Source: Hypanus sabinus
Taxonomy: Eukaryota
Length of the DNA: 64,000 nt
Reading direction: 5' to 3'
Assembly (NCBI RefSeq): GCF_030144855.1
Contig: NC_082712.1
Span: 89,900,001 to 89,964,000, forward strand
Shown: one piece after another, positions 12,901 through 25,700 of the stretch
Numbering within the stretch: position 1 is the stretch's first letter
How the letters are laid out: every line of letters begins with the position of its first letter
Made by a program: the position numbers and the translations under genes
Notes under the pieces: generated by a model
What the model was told of the DNA's origin: nothing
Database searches by the model: none
What the model saw: the letters and a program-made list of their open reading frames with translations, nothing else

Positions 12901-14971
12901 GAGTTAATACAAGCGCCGCTTTATTAGGAAGCGACGGATTGGTTGAAGACCTGTCAATCGCCGGATTTAAGCAACAAGTAAAGTCACCACCCATGATCAT
13001 CTTATATTCATTGAGATTAGGTAACTGAAAAAAGTTTCTTTAAAAAAATCAGAATTATCTACGTTAGGCGCGTGTACACACACCAGAGCCACCTTTTGCT
13101 CTCATAATGAACCAGTAACAATTAAATATCTTCCAATAGAATCGGTAGTAGTATTAAAAGATACAAAAGGGATTTTGGGACTAGGAAATATAGAAACCCA
13201 AGTACGGATCAAACCAAAAGGCGCGGGTACAACCAGAAGGAGTGACGCATTTATGAAAGAGAAATCCATCAACAGAATTGCACAATCAAGAAAAAAAACC
13301 TACTCTAATAGACCCCTTCCCCCTCTCCCCACACAATAGATAGAAATTAAGGAACCAATAGGCTGGTCCCATGCTAACTAATAACCTTTTTCCCCGTTCT
13401 CCATCTTGCAGCTCCGTATAATAAAAAAAGCAAAAATCCCACTGAAAATAGCCATAACGAAAGGCACAAACAGAATTCAACTACTATAATGTTATGTCTA
13501 ACATTAATAAAAACATAATCAACAACGGCCATCTTAGAATCAGCTAAAGTAGCTTAAACACATATTCAAAAAAAGGAATAAATCCGAGCAAATAATGTTA
13601 CCAACAATAATCTTTCTCTCGAAAAAGAAAAGTAAATGAGTTTATATAACAGACTTAAAACTATAAGTATTGAAACAAATAAAATAAATAAAAAGATTAA
13701 TACACAACAGGTCCTACACGGACTATTAATAGTACAATACTATAAAGGTTACCTACAAGACAGTTATATATGTACTAATTATTAATAAGGGAAAAAAATT
13801 AAATCAGCCCCATCCCATACCAAAGAATGAAAAGGTATAGAATGTACTTAACGCAAAAGCTCCATAAACAACTCATACAGCAGATACTTCAAAATTGCCT
13901 ATTGAGTAATCAGAATAACTTTAATATTTTATTCAGTAGACTTAACTTTAAGGTTTTTAATGTACTCTCATCCCTCCTGAGGAGAGTAGATTCTCAATGA
14001 TTGAGATTTTTCAGGAAAAATTATCAGCTTTGCTGGAAAGCAAAGGGAGGGATTTTAATCTAATTTATACATTTCACTCATAACCTCGATATTTCTTTCT
14101 TTCAGCAAAGATCTCGTGAGGATAGTCTTCGGCTATATGAATCTGTGTTGAATTAAATAATAATTTCCGTTTCTTTCTGGCTTCTCGAAGAATAGCTTCT
14201 TTAGTCGTGTAATAATGCAAAGAAAGTACAACTGCTCGAGGACGTAATTAAGCTGAATGCCGAGAAAATGGAATTCTGTGAGCTCTGTCAATTAAGGGGC
14301 TAGCTTCAAGGGTCTTATTGAAAAGTGAGTACAGCATATCTGAAAAGAATTTTAACAGATCGCCAGCTTCAGTATTTTCAGGCAGACCCAGACTACGCAA
14401 ATTCATCCGATGCCCTCTGCTATTTAAATCAACCATTCTTTTCTTCGTTTTAGATAGTTCCGAGGTAATTTCATTGATTTTCTTTGCCATCGAAGATATC
14501 TTCATTCCTTGATCTTTAATAGTTTGCTTGAATAGATCATGCTCAGTCTCGATTCAGGTTGTAGTCTGCTGAGGTGTTTGAAGTTGGTAGTCCAAGTTTT
14601 TCAAAGAGTCTTGAATCTTAGAAATAGCTTTTTCGAGCTTCCCGTTTGAACCGGCCAGCTTATCAATTTTAATATTAAGCGATTCAAATTCCGATTTCGT
14701 GTCTTGTATTGAAGAAAATATTCCTGCTAGTGTAACAGATTCCTCTGTTTTATTGGTTTGTTCCATTTGCTCCATTTCAGGAAAAGTCTTGCCGCTTCTC
14801 AGTTCAATACCAGAACGACTTTTTTCGGCCATTGTAATTAAGTTGTAAATCCTTCAGTAGAAGTAGTAAATCATCAAAACTAAAAGGGATCTGTTAGTGG
14901 GATATAAAATATATTAAAAGAGAGAGAGCCACTAGGAATGTGACCTACTCCATATGCTACAAAATGAAGAA
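9916..14971 (-). mobile_element. Near-full-length L1-clade LINE (ORF1 from 14832, ORF2 about 13250-10400), decayed, candidate 9-bp TSD tcctttttt
   Basis: ORF1 RMNLRSLGLPENTE/IDRAHR; ORF2 RGTRQGCPLSPLLF, LCADD, HMFWSC. TSD candidates at 9907-9915 and 14972-14980. Empty site at about 42040. Confidence 0.9.
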
Positions 14972-16074
14972 TCCTTTTTTATTCTTGCGTCATCCCCTTC
15001 CTCCCCAGTGTAGGAGAAGGTTTTCAGCCTGAAATTCTAACTGTACATTCATTTTGATTGATGCTGCTTGACCGGCAGGGCTCCTCCAACAGTGTATGCA
15101 AGTTCTTCTGGATTTCCCGCGACATTAAAATGCCCTGTGTTTATGGAATTGCACTATGAATATATTCAACCACAAACTAAAGAGGAAATACTTCAAAATT
15201 GATGACAACATCATTAAACAGTAATGGTCACCCAAGCTATGAAAATATCCCACATATTTGGATTTGGTTTTTGGGTTATTCTAACACAGATAACACTGAG
15301 ACGTTGCACATAATCCATACATTCTTGGAAGAGGTAGTATCACTAGGATGCTAAGATTGGCCTCCATTCCAGCTGCTTCAGTCTCTGTCACTGTGATGTG
15401 ATCTCACTTTGCATTGATGAGTGATCTCCCGTATCAGTTAGTGCCCAGACCAAGGATACACTGTCTGTCTGGAAACTGTCTGGCAGAATTCTTTCTCAGA
15501 GCTGGTTCTCCTGGACTGTCTCCTTCTTCACTCTCTGTGTGTAGGCATCTGGAAACAGGCAGATGGGTTTTTGAGTGTAAACTCAACTGGCAGAGATGTT
15601 GCGACTGGTAGTCAGGACATCTGCTTATCCAAGCAGGTGACAGCCGAACAGTACTGTGCAAAAGTCTTAGGCTCATACATGTACTGTAGCTAGGGTGCCT
15701 AAGAATTTTGCATAGTACTGTGTTTGTCTAAATAGAGCAGAGCGGGAGTTTGTAAATCTACTGGCAGCAAAGGATGTATGGAATATTGAGAGTGGAGCAT
15801 TGTAGGAGGGACATAATAAAGGTGGCAGAGGAGGAATGCTGGGTAGCACTGTTGCAGGCACACCCAGCCATGAGACGCCAGGGAAGGTCCAGTCTGATTC
15901 CAGACAATTGCTTTATTGATCATTATGGAATGTCTCACTGCTGCTCCTTGCTCTTTCCTTTGGCCTTCCACTTTTCCCAACAATAATTCCCCTCTCCCTG
16001 CCCCCTTCTGACTCTTGGTCCACATTAGAAACACAGAGTAGTATCAGGCTTATCATTCCATTAGATAGATAGAT

Positions 16075-16240
16075 ATCTTATAGCTAGATAGGTATCTTAT
16101 GGATAGGGGAAATCAAGGGACATGGGGACAAGGCAGGAACCGGGTATTGATAGTAGATGATCAGCCATGATCTCAGAATGGTGATGCAGGCTCGAAGGGC
16201 CGAATGGTCTACTTCTGCACCTATTGTCTATTATTGTCTA
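16075..16240 (+). mobile_element. Very short 5'-truncated CR1 3' end with (attgtct)-type tail, specific to copy A
   Basis: ggacaaggcaggaac...gatcagccatgatc...gggccgaatgg. Absent at the homologous site near 43060. Confidence 0.6.
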
Positions 16241-16429
16241 TTACTCACTTATATCATCAATTTTGATTTTTTTTTTGGCACAGCAGAGTATAATACATAA
16301 AACTACTAAAGTACTGTGCAAAGGTCTTGGGCACAATGCTGTACACAGACTGCTGGTGTACACACTGATTGGTGACAAACAGATGGACTTGGGGAGCAAT
16401 GATCTATACACATCACTGTGGTGCTGAGA

Positions 16430-19400
16430 ATATGGCGCTGAGCAGCACTCCAGGGAACACAGATCGGAGTCGTTGATTGAAGACTGTGCAGACGTGACTG
16501 GAGCGTTCTTGCACAGGTCCAACAAAGAATTTCGACGGGAAACCCAGTCTCTATAAAGGAGAAGTACCACCTAGCCAAGCAGTCATCATGGGAGCAGTCT
16601 GAGTCAGAGATGAAGGCTTTGATCCAAACAGGACTTCGGCAAGAACAGATGGAATCTAAATAAGTTCATAACCTATTCCTTATTTAATTCTAGAGAGGAG
16701 GCATATCTACAGAGCCAGTGTTCTGTCCTGAGTATCAGATGTGGGATTTCCAGCAGACACCCTGTCTCTCGTTTGCCACCTCAAGATGCAGCTCCTTAGA
16801 GACAGTGTTGGGGAACTGGATCTACATCTCAATGACCTTCGGCTTGTTGGGAAAAATGAAGCAGTGATAGACAGAAGCTACAGGGATGCAGTCTCCATTT
16901 TGAGTACCCCAGTTGAATACTGTTGGGGGAGGGAGGGAATGACCTACCTGGGGAAACTACCATGGCAGAGCCTCTGGCACTGAGTCGGGTCCTGTGACTC
17001 AGAAGGGTAGGGAACTGAAGAGGATGGCATCATTGATAAGGGGCTCTATAGTCAGGAGGACAGATAGTTGATTCTGTGGACGCAAAAAGGAAACACAGAT
17101 AGTAATTTGCCTCCCAGGTGCCAGAGTCTGAGATGTTTCTGCACGTGCCCACCATAACTTAAGAAGGTGGAGGGTGGCCTGCGCAGCCAGAGGTCGTGAT
17201 ACATATTGGAAGATAAGAACATTGGAAGATTGGAACATAAGAAGAAAAAGGGAAGTATCCTGAAAAAAGAATTTAGGGAGGTCAGAAGGAAGCTGGTAAG
17301 CAGGACCTCAAGGGTAGTAATCTCTGGATTGCTGCCTGTGCCAAGCCACAGTGAGGATAGGAATAGACTGAAGTAGAAGACAAATACATGACTGAAGAAT
17401 TTGAGCAGAGAGCAGGGGTTTAGATTGCTGGATAATTGGGACCTCTTCTGGTGCAGGTACAACCTGTACAAAAGGGACGTGTTGAACTTGAATCAAAGGT
17501 GGACAAATGGCACCATAGAACCATAGAACAGTAGAACCACAGAACATTATAGCACAGAAACAGGCCTTTTGGCCCTTCTTGGCTGTGCTGAAACATTTTT
17601 CTGCCTTGTCCCACTGACTTGCACCTGGACCATATCCCTCCATACCCCTCTCATCCATGTACCTGTCCAAGTTTCTCTTAAATTTTAAAAGTGAGTCCGC
17701 ATTCACCACTTCACCTGGCAGCTCATTCCACACTCCCAACACTCTCTGTGTGAAGAAGCCCCCCTAATGTTCCCTTTAAACTTTCCCCTCTTCACCCTTA
17801 ACCCATGTCCTCTGATTTTTTTTCTCCGCTAGCCTTAGTGGGAAAAGCCTGCTTGCATTCACTCTATCTATACCCATCATAATTTTATACACCCCTGTCA
17901 AACCTCCCATCATTTTTCCACGCTCCAGGGAATAAAGTCCTAACCTATTCAACATTTCTTTGTCACTCAGTTTCTCAAGTCCTGGCAACATCTTTGTAAA
18001 CCACTACAGCACTCTTTCAACCATATCAATATCCTTCCTGTAATTCGGTGACCAAAACTGCACACAATACTCCAAATTCGGTCTCACCAATGTCTTATAC
18101 AACCTCACCATAATATTCCAACTGTTATACTCAATACTTTGAGTTATAAAGGCCAATGTACCAAAAGCTCTCTTTACTACCCTCTATTTGTGACTCCACT
18201 TTTAGGGAATTTTGTGGCTGTTCCCTGATCCCTCCGTTCTACTGCATTCCTCAGTGCTCTACCATTTACCTTGTATGTTCTACCTTGATTTTTCCTTCCA
18301 AATGCAATACCTCACAATTGTATGTATTAAACTCCATCTGTCGTTTTTCAGCCCATTTTTCCAGCTGGTCCAAATCCCTCTGCAAGCTTTGAAAACCTTC
18401 CTCACTGTCCACTACACCTCCAATCTTTGTATCATCAGCAAATTTGCTGATCTAATTTGCTACATTATCACCCAGATCATTGATATAGATGACAAATAAC
18501 AATGGACCCAGCACTGATACCAGTGGCACACCACAAGTCACAGGTCTCCACTCATAGAGGCTATCCTCCACTACCACTCTCTGACTTGTCCAATTGAGCC
18601 AATGTCTAATCCAATTTACTACCTCACCATGTATACCTAATGACTGAATCTTCCTAACTAAGCTCCCATGCAGGACCTTGTCCAAAGGCCTTACTGAAGT
18701 CCATGTAGACAACATCCACTGCCTTCCCTTCATCCACTTTTCTTGTAACCTCCTCAAAAAACTCTAATAGATTTGTTAAACATGACCTACCATGCACAAA
18801 GCCATGTTGAATATCCCTAATAAGTCCCTGTCCATCCAAATACTTGTAGATCCTATCTCTTAGTACACCTTCCAATAATTCACCTACCACCGACGTCAAA
18901 CTTACTCACCTATAATTTCCCAGATTACTTTTAGAGCCTTTTTTAAACCATGGAACAACATGAGCTATCCTCCAATCCTCCAGCACCTCACCTGTAGATA
19001 CCAACATTTTAAATATATCTGCCAGGGCCTCTACAATTTCAAAACTGGTCCCCTTAAAGATCCGAGGGAATGCCCTGTCATGTCCTGGGGATTTACCTAG
19101 TCTGATTTGCCTCAAGATAGCAAGCACCTCCTCCTCCTCAGTCTGTATATGTTCCATGACCTAGCTACTTGTTTGCCTTATTTCCATTGACTCCATTCCA
19201 GTTTCATTAGAAAATACAGACACAAAAAAACATTTAAATCTCCCCCATTTCTTTTGTATCCATACATAGCCGACCATTCTGATCTTCAAGAGGACCTATT
19301 TTATCCCTTACTATCCTTTTTGCTCTTAATATACCTGCAGAAGCTCTTTGGATTGTCCTTCACCTTGACTGCCAAAGCTACCTCATGTCTTCTTTAAGCC

Positions 19401-22190
19401 CTCCTGATTTCTTCCTTAAGTATTTTTTGCACTTTTTATACTTAAGTACCTTATTTGCTCCTTGTTTCCTATACACATCATACATCTCTCTCTTCTTCTT
19501 AATCAGAGTTCCAATACCCTTAGAGAACCAATGTTCCTTATTCTTATTCACTTTTGCACTTTGCCTTTAATCCTGACAGGAACATACCAACTCTGCAGTC
19601 TTAAAATTTCTCCTTTGAAAGCCTCGAATTTACCAACAACATCCTTGCCAGAGAACAATCCGTCCCAATCCATGCTTTTTAGATCCCTTCTCATTTCTTC
19701 AAATGTGGCCCTTTTCCAATTTAGAACCTCAACCTAAGGACCAGATCTATCTTTAACCATGATCAATTTGAAACTAATGTTGCTATGATCACTGGAAGCA
19801 AAGTGTTCCCCTACATACACTTCCGTCACCTGTCCTAAATCATTTCCTAATAGATCTAATATTGCATCCTCTCTAGTCGGTACCTCTATATATTGATATA
19901 GAAAACTTTCTTGAACACATTTTACAAACTCTATCACATCTAGACCTTTAATAGTATGAGAGTCCCAATCAATATATGGAAATTAAACTCCCCTACTATC
20001 ACAATTTTATATTTCCTGCAGTTATCTGCTGTCTCTCTGCAGATTTGCTCCTCCAATTCTCACTGACTATTCGGTGCTCTATAATACAACCTCATTAATG
20101 TGGTTGTACCTTTCCTGTTTCATAGCTCTACTCATAAGGCCTCGGTAGACACACTCTCTAACCTGTCCTGCCTGAGAGCTGCTGTACTCCACCCCCCACC
20201 TTTCATCCCTCTGCCTCTATCATGTCTGAAACATTGGAACCCTGGAATATTAAGCTGCCAGTCCTGCCCCTCCTGTAGCCAAGTTTCACTAATGGCTACA
20301 ATGTCATAATTTCACGTGTAAATTCATGCCCTCAGCTCATCAGCGTTCCCCACAATTCACCTCGCATTGAAATAGACACAGCTCAGGAGATTATTACCAC
20401 CACACATGACCCTTCTGTTTCTGTCTTTGCATGAACCTTTTACATGAATCTTTGCATGAACCTTTATTCTTGCAGGCAGCTTGACAAGAGCTGTTGAGAG
20501 CGGCTTACACAGGGTGATGGCAACCAGGATAATAGAGCTGAGATTGAACCAGCAGGTTTACAAGTAGATGAAGGGTGTAAGGATGGACAAGCCAATGATT
20601 GAGTACAAGTACAAGAGCGAGGAGTTAAGTTGCACCACAGTGGCAAAGTTCAAAAGAACAACTAATGCAAGATTGAAGCTGTTGTATTTAAATGCTCATT
20701 GCATTCAGAATAAGGTGCAGGAACTCATGGCACAATTAGAGAATAGTCAGTATGACATTGTGGCCATAACTAAGTCGTGGCTGAAAGAAAACCATAGTTG
20801 GGAGCTTAACATCAAGGGATGTACTTTATATCCAAAGGCATAAAGGCATAGAAAAGCAGGAAGGCATAGGCAGTGGTGTGGCTCTGTTGAAAACAGATGG
20901 AATTACACATTTAGAAAGAGATGACATAATGACATATGGTCAGAGAATGCTGAATCCTTGTGGGTGGAGTTAAGTAATTACAAGGGTATAAAAACCATTC
21001 TGGCAATCATATATAGCCCTCCAAATACAAGCCAGGATGTGGGGTTGAGATTGCAAAGGGAGTGGTAAAAGACTTACATTAAAGGTAATGATACAATTGT
21101 AATGGGGGACATTAATATGCAAGTGGATTGGGCAAATTAAAATGGTGTTTGTATCACAGGAGAGGGGATGTGCTGAATGTTACACAGTGGCTTTTTAGAG
21201 CACCTTCTGCTTGAGCTTTCTCGGGAAAAGGCTATCTTAGATTGGGGGCTGCATATTAACACTGATCTTATTCAGCAGCTTAACGTAAAGGAACCTTAAG
21301 GAGGCAGTGATCATAATATGATTGAACTCAATTTCAGTGGGAGAAGCATAACACATGCATCAGTATCGCAATGGAATAAAGAGAATTCATTGCCCAGGTG
21401 GATTGGGGCAGGATACTAGTGGGGCTGACAGCAGAGTGGAGATGATTGGTGAGGTTTCTGGGATTATTTCAGAAGGCGCAGAATAGATTTGTCCCACAGA
21501 CATTCACAGATGGCAGGGGTAGGCACCTTGGCTGACAAGGAAACTCAAGAACTGCATAAAACCCAAGTAAAATACATACTATATATATGCTAGCAACAAT
21601 GTGTGGTAAGTTGGATGATTGGGAAGCTTTTAAAATCCAACAAAAGTCAAAGCTATAAGAAGGGAAAAGATGAAATAGGAGTGTGGAGCATCCAATGATA
21701 TAAAGCAGGATACCAAAAGCTTTTTTCAGTTATACAGAGAATAAAAGGGAGGTTAAAGTTGATATTCGACCACTAGAAAATGATGCTGGTGAGGTAGAAA
21801 CGGGGGACAAAGAAATGGCAGATGAAATAAACAGGTACTCTGGACTGTTGTGTGACAGAAGTCCATGAGTGTCAGACAGCAGGAGTGAATGCCATTGTAT
21901 ATAATGACATATTGATTTAATGTATTTTTTGCTAATCTTCAATGATAATTAATAAAAAGATGTTATAATGAAAAAAAAGGGAAATGATACAAAGATGGGT
22001 GCAGAGATGGGTAGTACTGAGGAAGCAATTTAATTGCAGCAGGATATAGACAAATTGTAACAATGAGCAAAAAAATGGCCGATAAAAATACCCCCTGTAC
22101 AATGTTGGGAAATGTACGCAAATGCATTTTGGTAAAAGAATCAAGAGTGTGGAGAGAAAATTCCAACAAAAGAGGTGCAAACAGACCTAG
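16430..22190 (+). mobile_element. CR1 5' portion (esterase-type ORF1 and ORF2 endonuclease), interrupted at about 17510-20455
   Basis: SIVRRTD...ICLPGARV (SGNH-like ORF1); LYLNAHCIQNKVQEL, DIVAITKSWL. Paralogue at 43215-46400. Confidence 0.8.
17510..20455 (-). mobile_element. CR1 insertion in inverted orientation with (ttctatgg)-type tail, specific to copy A
   Basis: [51 protein letters not shown]. Empty site at about 44270. Confidence 0.9.
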
Positions 22191-22669
22191 AGGTACACAA
22201 CAGTCTCTAGGCTTTACAGAGAATTCTGTGAATAAACAAAAAAAAAGTGAACAGAAGTTCTGTGGATGAAAGCACCTGGTTAATGTGAGAGATGAGAGGA
22301 GAACGGCCAGTCTGGTTCAAGGTGACGATGACTCAAATGCCGACATGTACCAACAGTGGAGTACAGAAGAGCATCTCTGAATGCACAACACATCTAACCT
22401 TCAAGTGGATGGGCAGGATGAGCTGTTTCAAATGCTGATTTGTTTAATTGTATACACCTGTGTGGATGTGTGATTATTAATGTTGAAATTGAACTTCAAG
22501 ACAACACTGGGCTCCACTCTTGCACTGAATCGAGTGGCTACTGTGTAAAGAGCCGGACATCACAGGAAAAGGCCCTTTGGCCCAAGAAGTTGTACTGATC
22601 TAATAAAACTAGTCATGGCACACTTAACTAACCTCGATACATGACGATATCTCTCCATTCTCTTCATGT

Positions 22670-22740
22670 CTATGGGAGGAGGTGGTTATTTAAAACTGTT
22701 GCAAAAATTGGTGCAACTCTGGAATTCTTGGCAAAATCAT
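22670..22740 (-). CDS. Putative terminal cytoplasmic exon (DDFAKNSRVAPIFATVLNNHLLP*)
   Basis: Acceptor ttctccAG in phase 1. Only 4/71 nt differ from the copy at 49702-49632, less than the flanks appear to differ. Frame is open in all three copies. Confidence 0.55.
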
Positions 22741-25700
22741 CTGGAGAATTTCGGATTGCAAGAGGATAGACTTCCCCACACTTTGATATTGAGGCTCCTC
22801 GTAAAAGTCAGGGGAAGTGAGATGAGGCCTGCCGTACATCTACCGAAGTTTCATTAAAAGCTGGGGCATATTTGAAGGGCCAAGTAGCCTAATATCTGCT
22901 CCTATTTTCCGAAGGGGTCATGAGGGGGATGGACGGGCTTGGCATGCTGATAATCACCATCATGGAGTTTTCAGTGAAGGAGAATGGGGCGTTACAAAGT
23001 CTGGAACCATCATTCAGAGCCCCAGTTTGGCTCGACTGTCAACAGTACATAAACAGTACACCGAGTCTAACGGGAGGCGGACACAATTCATTTAATCGGA
23101 CAGGGATCTGAAAGGACAAAGAATGTAGGTTACCTGTAACTGGGTTCCCCTTGATCAGGTAAATGCCCACGGTCCACACCACTGCCAGCAGTCCTAGAAC
23201 CAGTGCTGTCCGGATCATCAGGATGGAGCCGTGGCTCAGGGTCTGCATCTTCTGAGTCACTGTGGGGGTCAATAAAACTCCTGTGAGTTGTGATCCAAAG
23301 CAGTGACTGAGACACAGGAGGAGAGGGCAGAGAGAACAACCGGTTGTGGGGTAATACATGGGGTCAAGGTTGGAGATTGTGTCCCAATGATACAGGAGAG
23401 GGGAGAGTCAGGGACACTGGAGGAGGGTTCTGAAAAATCCTGAGGTGTCTCTGACTGGTAAGTTGTGATTGTGATTCAACATGAAAACAATGTCCCAAAT
23501 AAGAGGGTGTTCCACACCTTGAGGACAGCTGGACTTAAAGACTGTGATGAAAACAGTGTGTCAAACCTTAGGGAGCATCCCAAGGCTTCAAAAGAGACAA
23601 ATTGATTTTTACAAGGAAGAACGTGACCAGAAGAACAAAATTCAAGGTCCATTATAGTCCAAATTGACATAGAGTTGGTCTATTATAGTTGTGGTTAGTT
23701 TTGTATCAGGTGCCTGAAGGGATGCAGCTATTCTTGAAGCTGTTGGTGTGGGACTTCAGTCCTCCAAACCTCCCCCCAGTGGTAGCTGCCCGAAAATTAT
23801 ATTAAGCAGTTGGGTGGATCTTTCATCATGGACCTTGGTTACTGATCAGTAACAGATAAGCCTAGATTCCTTGAAGGTGCTGTGCAGTTTTTAAGGGTTG
23901 TTAAGAAGGCACATTCAGCTCTGGTTACTTCAGTAATGCAATACTGTGGAGACATCAGAAAGGAGATTTAGTGGGATGGTACCTGTTCTAGAGAGACTTT
24001 CCAATGAAGGTAGGTTGAGTGAGCTCATGCTTTTCTCTTTGGAGCAATGCAGGATGAGAGGTGACTTGATAGAGGGACACAAGATGATAACAGACCTGTA
24101 TTCAGTGGGTAGACAGTGACATTCCCAGGGGTGCAATGCTGTTTAGGAGGCAGTGTGCATATAAAGTGATTGGAGGGAAGTATCGGGGGAATTTTAGAGG
24201 TATGTTTGTATTTACACAGATAGTGTGGGTGCATGAAATACCCTGCCACTGGTGGTGGCAGAAGAACATATGTAAGAGGCATTAAAAAAAACCTCATAGA
24301 CAGGGACAAGGATGATGGAAAATGGAGAACTATGTAGGAGGGCTGGTTAAATTAATCTTAGAGTGGGACAAAATGTCAACAAAACGTATGAATTGAAGGG
24401 CCTGTCCTGTGCTGTACTGTTCTATGTTCTACAATGCAAAAATCAATGACATTGCGGACAGTGTGGAGGGTAAACTTGTCAATACTAAAACTCATTGTAA
24501 TAGTGAAATGGGCTGAGATATCACAGAGGGTATTTATTCTGGAGAAGGTTGAGCTAAAAGACATTGGGGGCATAAATGAGACCAGGACATGGAATACTGA
24601 GGAAGAGAGGGGAGGGGTGATCTCATGACAGAGACTGTAAGAATGTCCACAGGATATTATCTGGGGGATATCACCGAGGGTGTTTTTTCTGGAGAAGTTT
24701 GAGCTAAAAGACATTCTGAACATTAATGAAGCCAGAAGATGTGATACTGAAGAGAGGGGAGGGAGTATTGTCACTAAAGAAAGTTTGAAGAATATCCACA
24801 GGATATTATCTAGGACAAAGTGATTCAGTAATGAGGAGGAACTAGGTTTATGTTCTCTGGAATGGACATGGTTGTGCTGGAACATGATTGAGGTACACAT
24901 ACCCATGAAGATAATGACAGGGTAGACTAAAGGTAATATTTGATAAAATATCAAAGTGATGGATAAGAGATTAGGAGGGGATCTGAGAAGCATGTTTCAC
25001 ACTCAGAGAGCAGCGAGTATTTGAAACACACTGACAGAGGGAGAGGGGTGGAGCAATCACTGACATCCTTTCGGAATTACCTACACTAATACCTGAACTA
25101 TCCAGGGACAGCTGAGCTTAATGCGGGTGGTGGTCAATAGGTCAGTATGGATGTGAAGGACTGAGGAACTGACCTCCTGCAGGATGAGAATGTGAAAACA
25201 TGAAGCTGGGATGATGCACAGGAATTAATTGAAAGAACCTTCAGACAAGAGCAGAGGTCAGGGTAAGGATTCAGGACTCACCTCTCACTGACAGAAACGT
25301 CCCTGAGATGCTTTGCCACTCAGCCAGCATATCATGATCTTTGAAACTTCTCACGCAGCAATAATAGAAATTGGAGTCATTTCCTTTCAGCCGATGTAAG
25401 CGGATGGAGCCCGTCTTGTTTCGCAGTGGGGAACCCAGGAACTCGATCCGGCCTTGGTCTTCCCCGAATGTGTTGTTTTGTGAAGAATCGAATATCTCTG
25501 TACCATGAAAGCCACCAACTCTCCAAGTGATATGAATGTCTCGGGGTGTATAAGTGTCGGGGTAAGTGAAGGAACAGGGGAGAATGACGGACCCATTCTC
25601 TGCAGCCTCCAGGTACCCCATCTGCTTCACCCGGAACCCACGGCCACTGATCCGTGCTGAGGGAAAAGGGAGCAAACGATCATTCGGGAACCTCCTGTCA

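Larger units (their letters stand above)
1..23458. repeat. Segmental duplication copy A (homologous to about 27018-50435)
   Basis: Collinear blocks: 1-3524~27018-31000; 6036-8335~34096-36358; 8335-9915~40504-42045; 14972-17510~42040-44275; 20460-22190~44270-46410; 22195-23458~47280-50435 (minus the hAT insert). Confidence 0.9.
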
